This document shows, piece by piece, positions 49,950 through 63,648 of a DNA stretch of 64,000 nucleotides; the first letter of the stretch is position 1; the number at the start of each line of letters is the position of its first letter. The notes beneath the pieces are model-generated. The model made no database searches. It was not told the DNA's origin and saw only the letters and a program-made list of their open reading frames with translations. This DNA is from Carcharhinus longimanus. Its lineage: Eukaryota. Made by a program: the position numbers and the translations under genes. Location: assembly GCA_030264375.1 (NCBI GenBank), contig JASCQW010000081.1, forward strand, positions 66,027,400 to 66,091,399. The letters run 5' to 3'.

Positions 49950-52650
49950 AACAGAGCTGGGACTAAAAAAAAATCAAGGGGCAATTTGATAGTACCATTT
50001 GAGAGGGTTTAAACCAACTCGGGAGAGGGAGGGAACTGGATGTAATATTAGAAAGGAGAAATAGGTGCACAATTTGAAGAGATAGAAAGCACTAGAGTGA
50101 GGAATAGTAAGATATTAGAAAGAGTGCACTGAGTTCTAAAAATAGTGACCATAGCCAAGGTTGGTGAGTTATAAGTCTAGGAGAGAGGAAGTTCTGGTGT
50201 GATCACAGACAGAATCTATCTGGTTAGAGTTAAGAAAAAATACAGGTAACACTGCACTACTTGGTTTATTCTATAAGACATAGAGTGGGAAAGATATAGA
50301 GCAGCCAATTTGCAGGGGAATTACAGAAAGGTGCAACAACTGTACAGTAATAATCGCAAACTTTGAATATCTTAATAAAGACTGGAATAGCATAAAGGGC
50401 GGAGAGGGAGAGGACTTTCTGAAATGTATTCATGAGATTTTTCTTGTTCAGTATGTTTCCAGGAAGGAGGCATTACTGGATCTGGGGAATGAGTTGGTCA
50501 AGTAGACCGAGTAGCAGTAGAGGACCAGCAACAGAACTGATTATACTGTCACAAGATTTATATTCATAGGTAAAACACGGAGCAACCCAGAGTAAAATAC
50601 TTGGAAAGATCAATTTCACTTAAGGCGAGAACAGATTTGTTCTATAATCTGGAATCAAAGATTAGCAAACAAATCTGTAACGCAGCTCTGAACTTCCTTT
50701 GGTCCCAATGCAGTCAAGGTTCCTTCCCTCATGGGTAAAATTAGAGAAAACAAATCTAGAGCTCCCTGGATAAGAGGTAGGGAGCAAAATGAAACAGAAA
50801 GGGTGCGCCTAGGACAGATGACAGGGTGGTGATACAAGAGGGAGCCAGGTTGAATATATAAAGTTCAGAGGGGCAGTGAAAAAAGGAATGAGAGGCAAAG
50901 ATAAAGTATGAGGAGAAGCTTGCAATTAACATAAAAGGGGATCCAAAAGTCTTACATATGAATAATAAAAGAATTGTAAGAGGGAAGACCAAGAAAAGGG
51001 TATGTATGTAGGTGGAAGGCATTGCTGAAGCACTAAGTGAACACTCTGCACTATTTTTATGAAGGAAATGGATGTGCCAAGGTCAGTGAAAGAGGAGACA
51101 GTTGAGAGACTGGATGGGCTCAAAGTTATAAAGAGATAGTAAAAAGATTGGCTGTATTAAATTGGTAAGTCAACAGGGCCAGATGGGATGCATCCAAGGA
51201 TCCAGAGGAAAATAAGGGCGGAAATTGTGGAGATATGGGCCATAATCTTCCAATCCTCCTTCGATAAGGAATGGTTACAGCAGATTGGAGAATTTCAAAT
51301 GTTATATCCTATTCCAAAAAAAGGTGCAAGGATAAACCTAGCCTTGTCAGCCTTTCACAGGCCTGTCAACTTAACCACGGTGATGTGAAAGCTTTTAGAA
51401 TTAATAAGCCACGACAGAATTAAGTCACTTGGACAACTGTGGATTAATTTAAGGAAAGCCAACATTATGAAAGGCAAAAAGGTATTTTCTAACTTGCCTA
51501 GTTTTTTGATGAGGTAACAGAAAGGCCTGATCAAGGTAATGCAAATGATGTTGTATACGTGGACTTGCAAAAGGAATTGGCCAACAGCCACATAACAAGC
51601 TGGTCAGCAAAGTTGAAGCCCAGGGAATAAAAGGCACAATGGCAAAATGACAACAGAAAATAATGGAGAATGGTTGTTTTTCAGACTCGAGAATGACATA
51701 CATTGGGAGTTTCTCCAGGGGTTGGGACAAGGATAATTGTTTTATTTAATCAATATGAATGTCCTAGACTTGAGTCTATAGGGGAAAACTTCAAAGTTTT
51801 CAGATGACAAAGTTTTGAAGTATTGGGAGTTATAAAGGAGGGTAGTGATAGACTTCAAGAGGATATAGAAAGGCTGGTGGAACGGCCACACAAGGAAGAT
51901 TAAATTTAATACAGTCACATGTCAAGTAATACATTTTGATAGGAAGAATAAGCAGAGGCAGTATAAAATAAACACTACAATTCTAAAGGAAGCGTAGGAA
52001 CAGAATGTTCTGGGGGTATACGCATACAAATTGCTGAAAGTGGCACAACAAGTTAAGAAACGCACACAGAATCCTGGGCTTCATAGAAGCACAGAATGCA
52101 ATGCAAGAAGGTTACAATCAACCTTCACAAAACTGGTTTCCCACTGTGTCCCATTCTGGACACCACACTTTAGGAAGAACATGAAGGCTCATGAAGGTTT
52201 TGGAAAGGTTACAAATTTACAAGAATAGTTCCAGGGATGAGGGACTTCAGTTAGGTAAACAGATTGGAGAAGCTGGGATTGTTCTCTGTGGAGAAAAGAG
52301 GCTTGAGGGGAGATTTAATAGATGTGTTCAAAATCAAAAGGAGTCTAGACAAAGTAGATAGAGAGAAACTGCTCCATTGGCAGAAGGGTCAAAAACCCAA
52401 TGGACATCAATTTAAAGGTAATTGCAACAGATAGAAAACTTTTTTTGATATAGAGAATGGTTAAGAACAGGAATACACTGCCTCCATGTGTGTTGGAGAC
52501 AGATACAGTTTTGGCTTTAAAAAGAAACACCTCAAGAAAAGAAAAATGCATGCTACAAGGACTGGGGAGTGAGACCATTTGAGCTGCTGTCAGGGGGCCA
52601 GCATGAACATGATGAGTCGAATGGCCTCCTTCTGTGCTGTAAGGTTCTAT
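49950..52650 (+). mobile_element. Long decayed CR1 LINE (endonuclease and RT remnants plus 3' tail)
   Basis: ESIWLEL-like endonuclease remnant (about 50210), GPDGMHPRI (about 51180), RPVNLT, KFSDD (about 51800), CVPFWTPHFRK (about 52150) and tail GAGTCGAATGGCCTCCTTCTGTGCTGTAAGGTTCTATAATTCT. Confidence 0.88.
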
Positions 52651-52689
52651 AATTCTGTCATGCTGAAGGTTAGTGTTTCAGAACTAACT

Positions 52690-53027
52690 AATCTCTCAGC
52701 AAAGTATGCATGTACAGATACTACTACACTGGCATCTACCCAACAAGTATAAAATTGCCCAGTTATGTACTGTTGACAAACAGCAGGATAAATCCAACCA
52801 AACCATCCCATGACCCTGTTCTCAATCATCAGCAATGGAATGGAAGGTGCCATTGATAGAATAATCAATTGGCACTTACCATTACTTAGTTGGATTCTAC
52901 CAGGGCTACTTAGCTTCAGACTTCATCACTGTCTTGGTACAAACATGGGCAAAGGGGCTGAATTCCAGAGTTGAAGTGAGGTGAGAGTGACTGCCCTTTA
53001 GATCAAGACAGCATTTGACCAAGTATG
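52690..53027 (+). mobile_element. LINE family B, RT N-terminal fragment (a more 3' piece resumes at about 54300-54440)
   Basis: Degenerate TGIYPT..KIAQ, DKSN, LITVLVQTW and DIKTAFDQV motifs. 54300-54440 matches 4390-4512. Confidence 0.7.
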
Positions 53028-53043
53028 TTTTCGAGATGCCCTG

Positions 53044-53530
53044 TGCTACGACCAAGTGACGAGAAGTCAAATGGCTTCCCTCTTTGCCTCTCCTCATTTG
53101 ACTACAATAGGTTTTTTGCTTGAAAAGAATATACCTGCCAAATCACAGAGTACTTAATTGTTTACACACTGTGATTATAAAAGAACCAATAGGACAGGTT
53201 TTCTTGAGTTTAAGAAATAGGTTAACTTTATTATACTTAAACTAAAACAAATAAATAATAAAATTTGCACTGATTTCCACGCACACCTTAAGTTCTCTCA
53301 CACAGATTACAGAATTGGGAAGGATAGGTTGACCAACTTAAGATTCTGTGAAAGCAATAAAAGAGTATACAGTCTATAGTTTGGTAACTTGGCTGGCTTC
53401 CAGCTGAATTTGGTGGTCTTGACACTTCTGACTTAAAGATGCAGACAACTAAGCTGGTTGCTCTTTGAGAGATGAGTGCTGGGTTGGAATGTTTTAAGAA
53501 ATCTCTTCCTGGAGCAGAACATTTCTCAGC
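53044..53530. mobile_element. Probable LTR fragment (solo or truncated)
   Basis: Begins abruptly with TGCTACGACC where the LINE stops. Its organisation resembles 14582-14790 (TG start, pyrimidine-rich block, TTTATT at about 53227). No matching second end was found. Confidence 0.45.
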
Positions 53531-53539
53531 ATCTAGTCT

Positions 53540-54250
53540 ATTAACCTTCTAAGAATCTTATATGTTTCAATATCACCTCTCTTTTCAAAACTCCAAATAT
53601 AGACCCAACCTACTTAACCTCAGGAGATAACTTCTTCAACCCAAGAATCAACTTAGTGAATCTTTGCTGAACTGTTTCCAATGCAGTTATTTCCCTCCTT
53701 AAAAAGGGAACTAAAAGTTTATGCAGTACTCAACGTTTTGTCTCACTAACACTCTGTACAGTTATAGCAAAACTTCCTTACTTTTATGCTCCAACCCTTT
53801 GCAATAAATGCCAAATTTCATTTGCCTATTCAATTATCTGCTATACCTGCATGCTAACCATTAGTGATTCATGTACGAGGCACCCAGATTTCTCAGTATT
53901 GCAGCGTTCTGTAGTTTATCTCCATTTAAATAATATTCTATTTTCCTAGTCTTCCTACCAAGTGGATAACCTCACATTTTACTGCATCTAACAAACATTT
54001 TCTCACTCACTTAACTTATCCATATCCTTTTCACTTTGTGTCCTCTTTAAACTGGCTTTCCCAACTATCCTTATATCATCAGCAAATGTGTCTACAATAC
54101 ACTTGTCACTCACTCCTTTCATCCACGTCATTATATTGCAAGTAGTTGAGGCCCAGCACTAATCCATGTTGCACTCCACTAATCAACAGTTTGCCAACCT
54201 GAAAATGATCCATTTATCCCAACTTAATGTATCTTTTTAGTTGGCTAGTC
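53540..54250 (-). mobile_element. CR1 LINE internal fragment
   Basis: Minus strand has TFADD (ATCATCAGCAAATGT at about 54075 on the plus strand) and an EYC..F.SLF-like region at about 53700-53730. Confidence 0.78.
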
Positions 54251-56134
54251 TTCATGACTGAGTACTCCCACCTGGTACTTAGCAGACTAAGTCTGCGACT
54301 GAAAATTATCAATTCCTGACTGCCTTTCCATTCTCCGTAAGGAATAAGGGCAAGACGGGAGTGCGATTGAGTATTCTCTACTTGCATGGATGAATGCTGC
54401 TCCAACAACACTCAAGAAGCTCGATGCCATTCAGGACAAAAGTCTGAGCATGAAATGGACTATAAGAAAAACAGTTAATGCAAAACAAAGAAATAAAATT
54501 CAAAAACATTGCAACCATATGAATGATAAGTCAATGGAACACTGACAGTATAATGAATGTCAGTTTTCGAGATCATTATATGAAGACAGAATATTAAAGA
54601 AACAGCCAATCTGATCTCTACCCGTTAAAAACATCCTTGTATTTCAAGGCAATGATTGCCATGTATTTTGATTGCAAGTTCAGGGAGATGAGATTGGTAG
54701 TTAATAGGGCATTGGTACAATTGCAAATGTTGGTTTTTGATAACTGAGATCATGAAAAAGGTCAAAGGAGGACAAAGCTGATTCCAAGCTTACGATCACT
54801 AACTATGAAGAGTCAGATTTGTTCTTAAATTAAGAAATAATGATATGCATAATCCCAAGGTTTAAAATCTGTAGATATGAGAATCAGAGTGATTGCAGAT
54901 GAATTTTGCACGTAATTAACAATGGATCACGGTAGAGTTGACTTAAGCAGTAACTTGTTCACATTTTGAGTTGTTAGTTTATGGAGCAGACTGCCATAAG
55001 CACAATGAATGTAGACTCAGTTGAAGCACTCAAAAAAGGAAATGGAAACATTTCAAATTCAGCATGGGGTAGGTGCTTGACGCCAGAGCAAAAGGGAGCT
55101 GAAAATGATGAAAGAACAAGGGACCTAAATCAACAGGACCAGTTCAATGGTCTTTTCTCATTCCTACATTCTTATTTTTCCAAGTCAGCTAACATTACAT
55201 TTGAATCAATGAAGCTTATATAGTGAAAATCTAAATGGTTCTTTAATTGCTGACAATTAAGACTTATCGACTTCCAGTCAATTTAATTTGATTCCCTGCT
55301 TCTGCAAGTATGAAAGATGTGTAGTTAAAAATCCACTATTCTACTCAAAGTTCTTTTACAGTTGCTATTTCATTCTCCATTTGCAAGTTTTTAATTTGCT
55401 ACTGTTATTTCTTAATATTAAATAAATCATTTAGCATCTAGAGACTGAGTGGTGCAGCAAGCTAGAATGATGTTTATTCAACTCTGGCATCTGGATTTGC
55501 ATCCAGCCAGACTGACGGCTGGAAGCTACCCCACCTCTCTCATAATTAAATTAATTTGGAATGTCTCAAAACAGTCCGAGCACAGGGACAAACCGAGCGC
55601 AATTCATCGCTTATTGAAGACTAATGTGTTTTTTGGGGATTCTGTGTTAGATTGTACATGGAGCTTGCTCTAAACCTAAACCATGCTATTTCTGACCAGC
55701 AAGTATTTAATATTATGCAAATTAAAAATCTGTTCAGTTCCTCAAGTGCACACTTTAATTTGATAAGCACAAGCACTTCAGAAACAATTGTGGCAAGTAC
55801 TTACTTTGAGATGTTTTGATGTGGTAAGACAGTTTATAACAGAGATAATCTTTAACCGAGTACTGTACAATGTAAATAATTAAAACTGTACCTCCAACAA
55901 ATCTTCTGCTGAAGTTATGACCGATTATCTGAGAATCTCTGTCGAAAATGACCCGCTAAAGTCCCTAACAAGTCGAGAATAGACAAACACTGAAATTTAC
56001 TCAACCTTGTGCTAAAGCCATCCCTCTTCCCACAACTGCCTCCACACCTCCATCCATACTTATGAATTTAATCAGTTACACTCCCACATTTTTAAACTTG
56101 CAACTCGTGCATCAACCACAAAAGGCAGGTAAAT

Positions 56135-56775
56135 ACAGGTAAAGCAAGTAATTAGGAAATCTAATAGAATGATAGGTTTATCGTGGAGGAAACTGATTAC
56201 AAAGTAGTGAAGGTATGTTTCAGTTGTACAGAGCATTGGTGAAACCATATTTGAAGTAGTATGCTGTTTTACGTATGCAACGATGTAAATACATTAGTTC
56301 AGGGAAGATTTACTAGACTAATATCAGGAATGGGCAGGTTATCTTATGAGGATAGGCTGGAGAGGTTAGGTTTGTATCCACTAAAGTTTAGAGAGTAAGA
56401 GACAACTTGATCAAAATCTTTAAGATCCTGAGGGGTACTGACATAGTGGACGTGGAGCAGATGTTTCCTCTTGTCAGAGAACGTAGAACTAGGGGTCGCT
56501 TTAAAAATTAGGGGTCGCTCATTTCAGACAAAGATGAGGGGTATTTTTTTCACTCAGGTTGAGTGTCTCTAGAACTCTCTTTCTCAAAAGGAAGTAGAAG
56601 CAGAGTCTTTAAATATTTTTGACGCAGAGCTAGGCAAATTCATTAACAAGACAGTGAAAGGTTATCAAGATAGGCAGGAATGTGGCATTGATGTTACAAG
56701 CAGATCTGTCATGATCTAACTGAATGACAGAATAGCTCGAGGGGCTGAGTGGCCTGCTCCTGATTTGCATGTTTG
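56135..56775 (+). mobile_element. CR1 LINE 3' fragment
   Basis: Colinear with 7043-7690, with tail GAGGGGCTGAGTGGCCTGCTCCTG. Confidence 0.82.
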
Positions 56776-57359
56776 TGTATGATGGAACAAGCTGTAACTG
56801 GAAATCTGATCTTGTGCATTGCTGTGTTAGGAGGCTGGTGAATGGAACAATAAGTAATTCCTACAGTTGAAAACTGAACCCTACCCACAGGAGTATAAAG
56901 TAAATTTGTTGGTGCTACAAGTGCTAATTGATGCATCTGACCCAATTCTGATTGTAATGTTGGTCCAGATTTTGCTGGAGAGGAGATCTTGTGACGTGTC
57001 TAGTTCATTTGGCTTTTTCCCCTCATCCTTTAGCTTGAAAACTAATTGTGAGCTGAAAGAAGCACAACAAGGGCGATGGGACAGCTGGACCCAAATGAAC
57101 TATGGAACCACGAGTCTATTTCCTTACCCAATGAGACTTCATAGAGTGGAATAGATAATGGAAATGTGACTCTCATTCACTCATGTGAACGAGAGTTACA
57201 CTGAGGACAGAAAGGCAAATAAAGGAGGGAAAAAGAATGACTGGATTGAGAGGAAAAAAAGGAATATTAATTGGCAATCAGCAGAAATTGGATTCCACTT
57301 TCAATTGTTCCCTTTCTCAGATGGACAGGCATTGCTGGCAGTAAGAGGTTCCTTATGCT

Positions 57360-57710
57360 TTTTTAAAATCCATTCATAGCATATGGGCATCACTGGCTGG
57401 ACCAGCATTTATTGCTCACCTGAGGGCATTTAAGAGTCAACCACATTGTTGTGGAACTGGAGTCATATACAAGCCAGACCAGATGAGGATGACAGATTTC
57501 CTTCCCTAAAGGACATCAGTGAACCAGATGGGGTTTTGCGATAGTTGACAATGGTTTCAAGGGGTTATTAGAGTTTTAATTCCAGACTTTTTTAGTGAAT
57601 TCAACTTTCACCATCTGCCACGGTGGGATTTGAACCTGGGTCCCCTGAGCATTACCCTGGGTCTCTGGGTTACCAGACCAGTGCCAATACCATTAAACTA
57701 CTGCCTCCCC
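57360..57710 (-). mobile_element. tRNA-derived SINE (family A), full length
   Basis: Reverse complement of 45960-46315, with an intact B box GGTTCAAATCC. Confidence 0.87.
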
Positions 57711-58984
57711 AACCAGCACAAACACTCTGTCCCATGTTTAATTATCATTTAATGCGCAAATGAAGTAATTTCTTGAAACTTGCAGGGAGCTTGAGGGCAA
57801 GCTACCAATACTTAGATATTAACAGTGGAATGACACAAATCGTCCAGCAATTTGTGGAAATTCACAACTCAGCATATTTCTTTCACGCCTGAACGATTAA
57901 CTCGCTAATAGTGATTATGGTTAAACTGGCAACCATTTTGCCAGTATGCCCGCATTGTAGAGAAAAAGGGTCAAATCAGTGCAATAATGTGTCAAGAACT
58001 AAATTGATACTTGTTCTAAATAGTTAATAGGGATGTTAAAAAAAACAATGCTTGCAGACAGCTGGATTTCAAAGGATAGTAAAACAGTCCTCTACCCAGA
58101 CACAGTTATAAAAAAACCTAGACGATTGAAGGCATGGTGATACAATGCCAAGTGTATTTTCCATATGGTAAAAATTTTGAAACTTTAAGTGATACAAGGG
58201 CAAACTTGTGAAAGTCATCCAATAAGCCCAAGATGCAACTGAACAGACTATATTCTTGAGCTCTGATGGAATGTCATCAACCGGAATATTAACTGTTTGT
58301 CTCTCCAAAAAAGGTTCCCCTACCAGTTAAGCATTATTAGCGTTTTCTGTTATCATTTCAGATTTCCAGTATCTGCAGTGTTTTGTTTTCATATTCTTGA
58401 TATATTTCATCTTCTGGTCCTACTCATTTGAAAATCTGAGAGATGGGTCTTTGTTCATGCTTTGGCTTCTCAAGACTAGAATGCACACTTGGAAAAGCGA
58501 ACACTTTCCTCCATCAAATATAACATTTTTCAAAAAAGGCAAATTACATATTTACTTGTTTAGCATTTTAAAAAGTATCTATACAATAGAAAATTAGCAC
58601 ATTATAATTTGACAATAAAAAGTATCAGTGCTGTAGCATTATGCATGTAAACAGCAACAAAATTCCCCCAGCAACTAACAGCCTCATAATCAACCCACTC
58701 CCACATAAAAACCAAGGAGTATTTTTTCCTTTATTAACCAGGAAGCAGGGGAGAATGCAGTTATCATTATAATGGATTTCACAAGGCTATAACGAGTCAG
58801 CCTGGAGTGCAGGATTATAAAAAAAAGGGACTTTCAGTCCAAGACTTCAAACATATTTTGAAAAGTCACTGTTGCAGTCTTTAGTAAATATTCACTCAAT
58901 GAGCTTGAAAGGCAAGTTTATTTTAAGTACCCAAAAGTTGCAGCCAAGAGTGAGAACAGATTTTATATGGTTTACGTACAACTA

Positions 58985-60465
58985 TTAAGGCAGTCCCTTG
59001 GGATCAAAGATGACTTGCTTCCACTCCAGTTTGATAGGTTCTGAGATGGCTAAGTTCAACATGTAATCTATAGACTCTGCCACTTGCAGGACAGCTGGGA
59101 GGATTGAGGACATGAACTGTTGAGAGACTTGTGCTCTTTCTCCAATGCCCCGACTTTGCCTCTGCATGTTCCCAGTAAAGTCTTTTGAAGTATTCAATAC
59201 CCACCCGAATGAATCTTGCCATTTTTGTCAAGTCAGGGACTCTCATGAATCAGCAGATATTTGATTTCTTCAGAGATGTTTTAGTGGCACACGAGACAGT
59301 TTCTGTTGTCCTCCTGGGAGTTTTATGCAATGACCGAATCCTGAATAGAGCTTTGGGTGTTTTTATCAGGTATATGAATGACATTATAAAAGCAAACTGC
59401 AGTGCTCACTGGAGATCTGAAATAAAAACAGGAAGTGGTGGAAAAGCTCAGCAGGACTGGCAGCTTCTGTGGAGAGAGAAACAGTTGATATTTTGTGTAA
59501 AGCACTTTGCTTTCAAAGAAGTCATATTTAACTGTTTCTCTCTCCACAGATGCTGCCAGGCCTGAGTTTCTCCACCACTTTGTTGTTATATACGAATGAC
59601 ATGTTTTGCCCCGAAGTGCTGTTTTTGAATGATTAGTACCTGGTGGACAAGTCAGCTTTGGATTTGTAGGATCTTGCAATGGTAGTGCTGGTGCTTTTGA
59701 GATGCCTGCTCTAGGCCATCCATGTCTCCGAAACACATAGACCATTGATGCCTGATAAACCATGACCTTAGAGATCCTGATCTTCAAAGTCTCATTTCCT
59801 CACGACTCAAAGTCTATTGCAGACACAAAGGCAATGATGAATTCTGCCCTCTATTTTTACCTTTGTCAAGAGGAGGCTCCCAAGATGCGGAAAATGGTTT
59901 TCATTTTCCAGGATCCTGCCGTTGATCTTAACAGGTATTATTCTTTGGGAGCCTTGTGGGCAAGGATCTTAGTTTTCCAGATGTTCAGTAAAAGGTTTAT
60001 TTTATTATATACTTCAGAGGAGTCAAGAATGAGCCAGAGCTTAGTTTGAATCTGCATGCACCCATGTGCCATCTGCATATTGAAGTTCAATGATGAAGTT
60101 AAAACTAGTTTGGCTTTGAAGGCAGTGTAGTTTGAACAATTTCCCATGTATCCTGTACATTATCTTCATGCCTGTGGGCATTTTGTTGGAGGTGAGGTGC
60201 AGTATTGCAGTGAGGAAGATGAAGAACAGGGTTGGTGCAATGCCACAGTTTTGATTAATCCCAATTTTCACTGAAATAGGATCGATGGTTGTCCCATCAG
60301 TGAGAATCATGGTTTGCACGTCGTTGTGGAGTAGGAGGAGAATGATGACAAATTTCTGACGGAGGCTAAATTTGAGAATACTCAAGCTTTTACAATGGGC
60401 AGAGTCAAAGGCTTTCATGAAATTGAAAAGGGCCACGTAGTCAATTGATGTTATTCCTTGCAATT
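58985..60465 (-). mobile_element. RTE-clade LINE, 5'-truncated and decayed, interrupted by a palindromic element (59388-59590)
   Basis: ORF 60041-60463 reads FMKAFDS...LLHND...VKIGINQNCGIAPTLFFIF...YRIHGKLFKLHCL...ELQYAD, matching the RTE-1 RT signature (KAFD, GVKQGCVLAPTLF, YRxDGxLFNL, YADD). Confidence 0.85.
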
Positions 60466-61084
60466 TTCCTAAATTGCAATATCAATTTCAAAATGCCAGA
60501 TACAAAAAAAAATGCTTTTCAGTAAATCAATACACAAGTCATTTTTTTCCCCCTCAATGTCTCTCTTCTCCAGATGACTTAGTGCTTTATTCAACTATAG
60601 TTCAAGACACCAACAGCCTCCCCTCAACTGGTCATCTTTTATGTTTGAATCTAAGGAGTGTGTGTTGGTATGTTGTTCAATGCATAGAACATCTGATTCT
60701 TGATAAGCAAGAGGCGGGGGTGAAAGATTACTGGCAGTAGGAGGGAATGTGGAGTTGAAAAAAATCAGGTCAGCCATGATCTTATAGAATGGCAGAGCAG
60801 GCTCAAGGGAATGAGTAGTCCACTCCTGCTTCTAATTCATATGTTCATATGTATGAACATTTGTTTTCACTCAGTAACTATACAGTATAAGCATACAATC
60901 TAGTAGTGATCCCTCAATATTATCAAGATTAGAAATATCCCCTAGCCAGTCCAGACTGCAGTCAAATGGCAACTCTTCATTCAAATGGCTATGTAGAACA
61001 ACAAAATAAAAACAATGAATCATTGGAGGTCACTTGATTTGTACAAGCTGGGGACCATCATGATCCAACTTTTAGAAATCAGCT

Positions 61085-61510
61085 TTGGCTCAAGGATGCC
61101 AGTCTTCTCTTTTAATCCAGAAGATCATTGGTCAAAGACCCACTTCAGAGAAATAATGTAAGCTGACATTTCAAGGCAGTACCTAGGATCTGCACCATCA
61201 GATGGAACTGTCTTTCTAATGATGCATTAGACAGATTCTCTCAGTTTGCTCTCTCATGCGAATGAAATGAATGCAAAGATACTATTTGAAGAGTTGAGCA
61301 GTTCTACTGCGGTGAACAAAACTTATCCATAGTCTATTAAAATAGCTAATTTTGACATTTATCCAATTGCTGTGCATGAAATTTTGCTGCATATAAACTG
61401 GCTGCTAAGTTTCTCAACATTACGACAATAATTACAATCCAGAAGTACTTTGTTGATTGCGAAGTGCTTGGGGAGGCCCAGAAATGCACTATGTAATGAC
61501 AAGTTTGTCC
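61085..61510 (+). mobile_element. Deu-SINE, diverged, full length
   Basis: Colinear with the reverse of 41565-41960. Confidence 0.7.
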
Positions 61511-63404
61511 TTATGGTTTTTATTCTGATACTGTCCTTAACAGATGTCCACACAGCACACTTTCCAGCTAAGATACTATAATCAAGAATGTTAACTAGAA
61601 TTACAATATGATATAGAACATAAGGAAGCCACTTGATTCATCATGCCTGCTCCCTGAAAGAACATTCCAATTAGACCATTCCCTGCAAATGTTTTCAAGT
61701 GTATATCCAATTCCAGATGACAACAACTCGTTGCATCAAAATAGAATTCTCATCTTCCTCTGGTTCTTTTGATAATTATATCAAATTTAAGTCACCAACT
61801 GTCCTGCCAGTAGAAACACTGATTGAATTTTACTTTGTTAACCCAGAAATGCTAAGGCTAGTTATAACACCCTACTGCAACACTAGCTGAGCTTAGCAAA
61901 GGCAAGGGATCAAACCTGTGCTCCTTCCAGTATCTCACCACATAATACAAGTACCCACTGAACTATCAAAAGCAAAATTAATTTTGAAATCACAAATGCA
62001 AAATAACATTAAAAATAGCTTTTCAATAGATTCTGATAGAAAGAAAATTGTTAGATAGGTAATTTTACATTGGTAAGCATGCAATTTCATTTCTTTTTAT
62101 CTGACTACTAAGAAAATTTAGAATGACAATTGCAGTAATTCGCATGGATTTATTTTTCGTGAAATGGAGCCTGAAGATATAGATGTTCAACGATTCAATC
62201 TGTTACATGGTGCACAATAACATGACACTGGCAACACAAGTTACAGCCAAGAAAGTATTTGAACACTCCTACATTTGTTGATGTTGACGTTAGATAGTAC
62301 TGCTATGTACGAAACCACCGATGTTCTTTGTCATAAATGTCATAATTTCGAAACCTAGTGTCCACCATTTAATAATTGCCCTCTAGGCAACTTTCAAATT
62401 GGTGGGATAGAGTAGTAAACCTCAAAGCTGGCAAGTCTGTAATGATGTAAACTTGTTTCATTGGGTATCACAAGCCACCGGCAACATTAACAGTACTATA
62501 TGCCAACATTGTGTTCTGTCTGAGAAAGCTCTAAAGCAGTTTGATTTACACGCATCACATTAGATGNNNNNNNNNNNNNNNNNNNNNNNNNNNNNNNNNN
62601 NNNNNNNNNNNNNNNNNNNNNNNNNNNNNNNNNNNNNNNNNNNNNNNNNNNNNNNNNNNNNNNNNNGACTCCCTTGCTTAATCCTCAGAATTAAATTACT
62701 TTCTTAAATTAATAAATTATAGAAAATGTATGGGTTGGTTCCACTAATTACCTGGACATTATTTATGACAATGAGATTTTTAAGCTGCCCAATAAAATGT
62801 TTTTTTTTAAACAATACTCGCATTTAAATGTTGATGGAAGGGCTATCTGTAGATCAATGCAAAAAAGTGTGGAGTAGGAAAATTATCAAGGATTCAAAAT
62901 TTATCTGATTTACAAAATCCTCTTCCTTCCTACGTAACCTAGCTGCTCAAATATCAACCAGTACAGAGAGGAGGTACGTGCAAGCAAAAATACAAATTCA
63001 GATCAGAGAGAATTTAGGAGGTAAAAACATTGATTAAGAGAAAAATGTACAACTTTGCTCGATACAGTGGTAGGATATTATGCATCTTCACATTTTGCTG
63101 CAGAAGGGAATTTGGTGACACTTGCCTTTTGTTAGACTTGTCCCTTTCAACTGAAAATAGTTTAGTCCACAAAGTTTCGGAAAGTACAAGCCGATAACAA
63201 CATAGTGAGGGAAACAGAACATTTGGAACTCAAAGGAACAGGGCGAAAATAATGCTATATCCTTAGTCAAGGAGATTTGGGATGGGAAGTAAATAGCAGA
63301 AAGTCTGAAAAGGATGAATTAAAGGGGAATTCAATGTCAATAAAATGGAGGAAAGATTGAATGATAAGACAGAAAGGAAACAGGAATTTTCTATAAATCA
63401 TTTT

Positions 63405-63648
63405 TGATTGGTGAGGCCGCAGCTGGAGTACTGTGTGCAGTTTTGGGCGCCGTACTTACGCAAGGATATTNNNNNNNNNNNNNNNNNNNNNNNNNNNNNN
63501 NNNNNNNNNNNNNNNNNNNNNNNNNNNNNNNNNNNNNNNNNNNNNNNNNNNNNNNNNNNNNNNNNNNNNNCCATGATCTTATTGAATGGCGGGGCAGGCT
63601 TGAAGGGCCAGATGGCCTACTCCTGCTCCTATTTCTTATGCTCTTATG
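63405..63648 (+). mobile_element. Young CR1 3' fragment spanning an assembly gap
   Basis: Intact LVRPQLEYCVQFWAPYLRKDI before the gap and a CpG-retaining tail after it. Confidence 0.9.
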
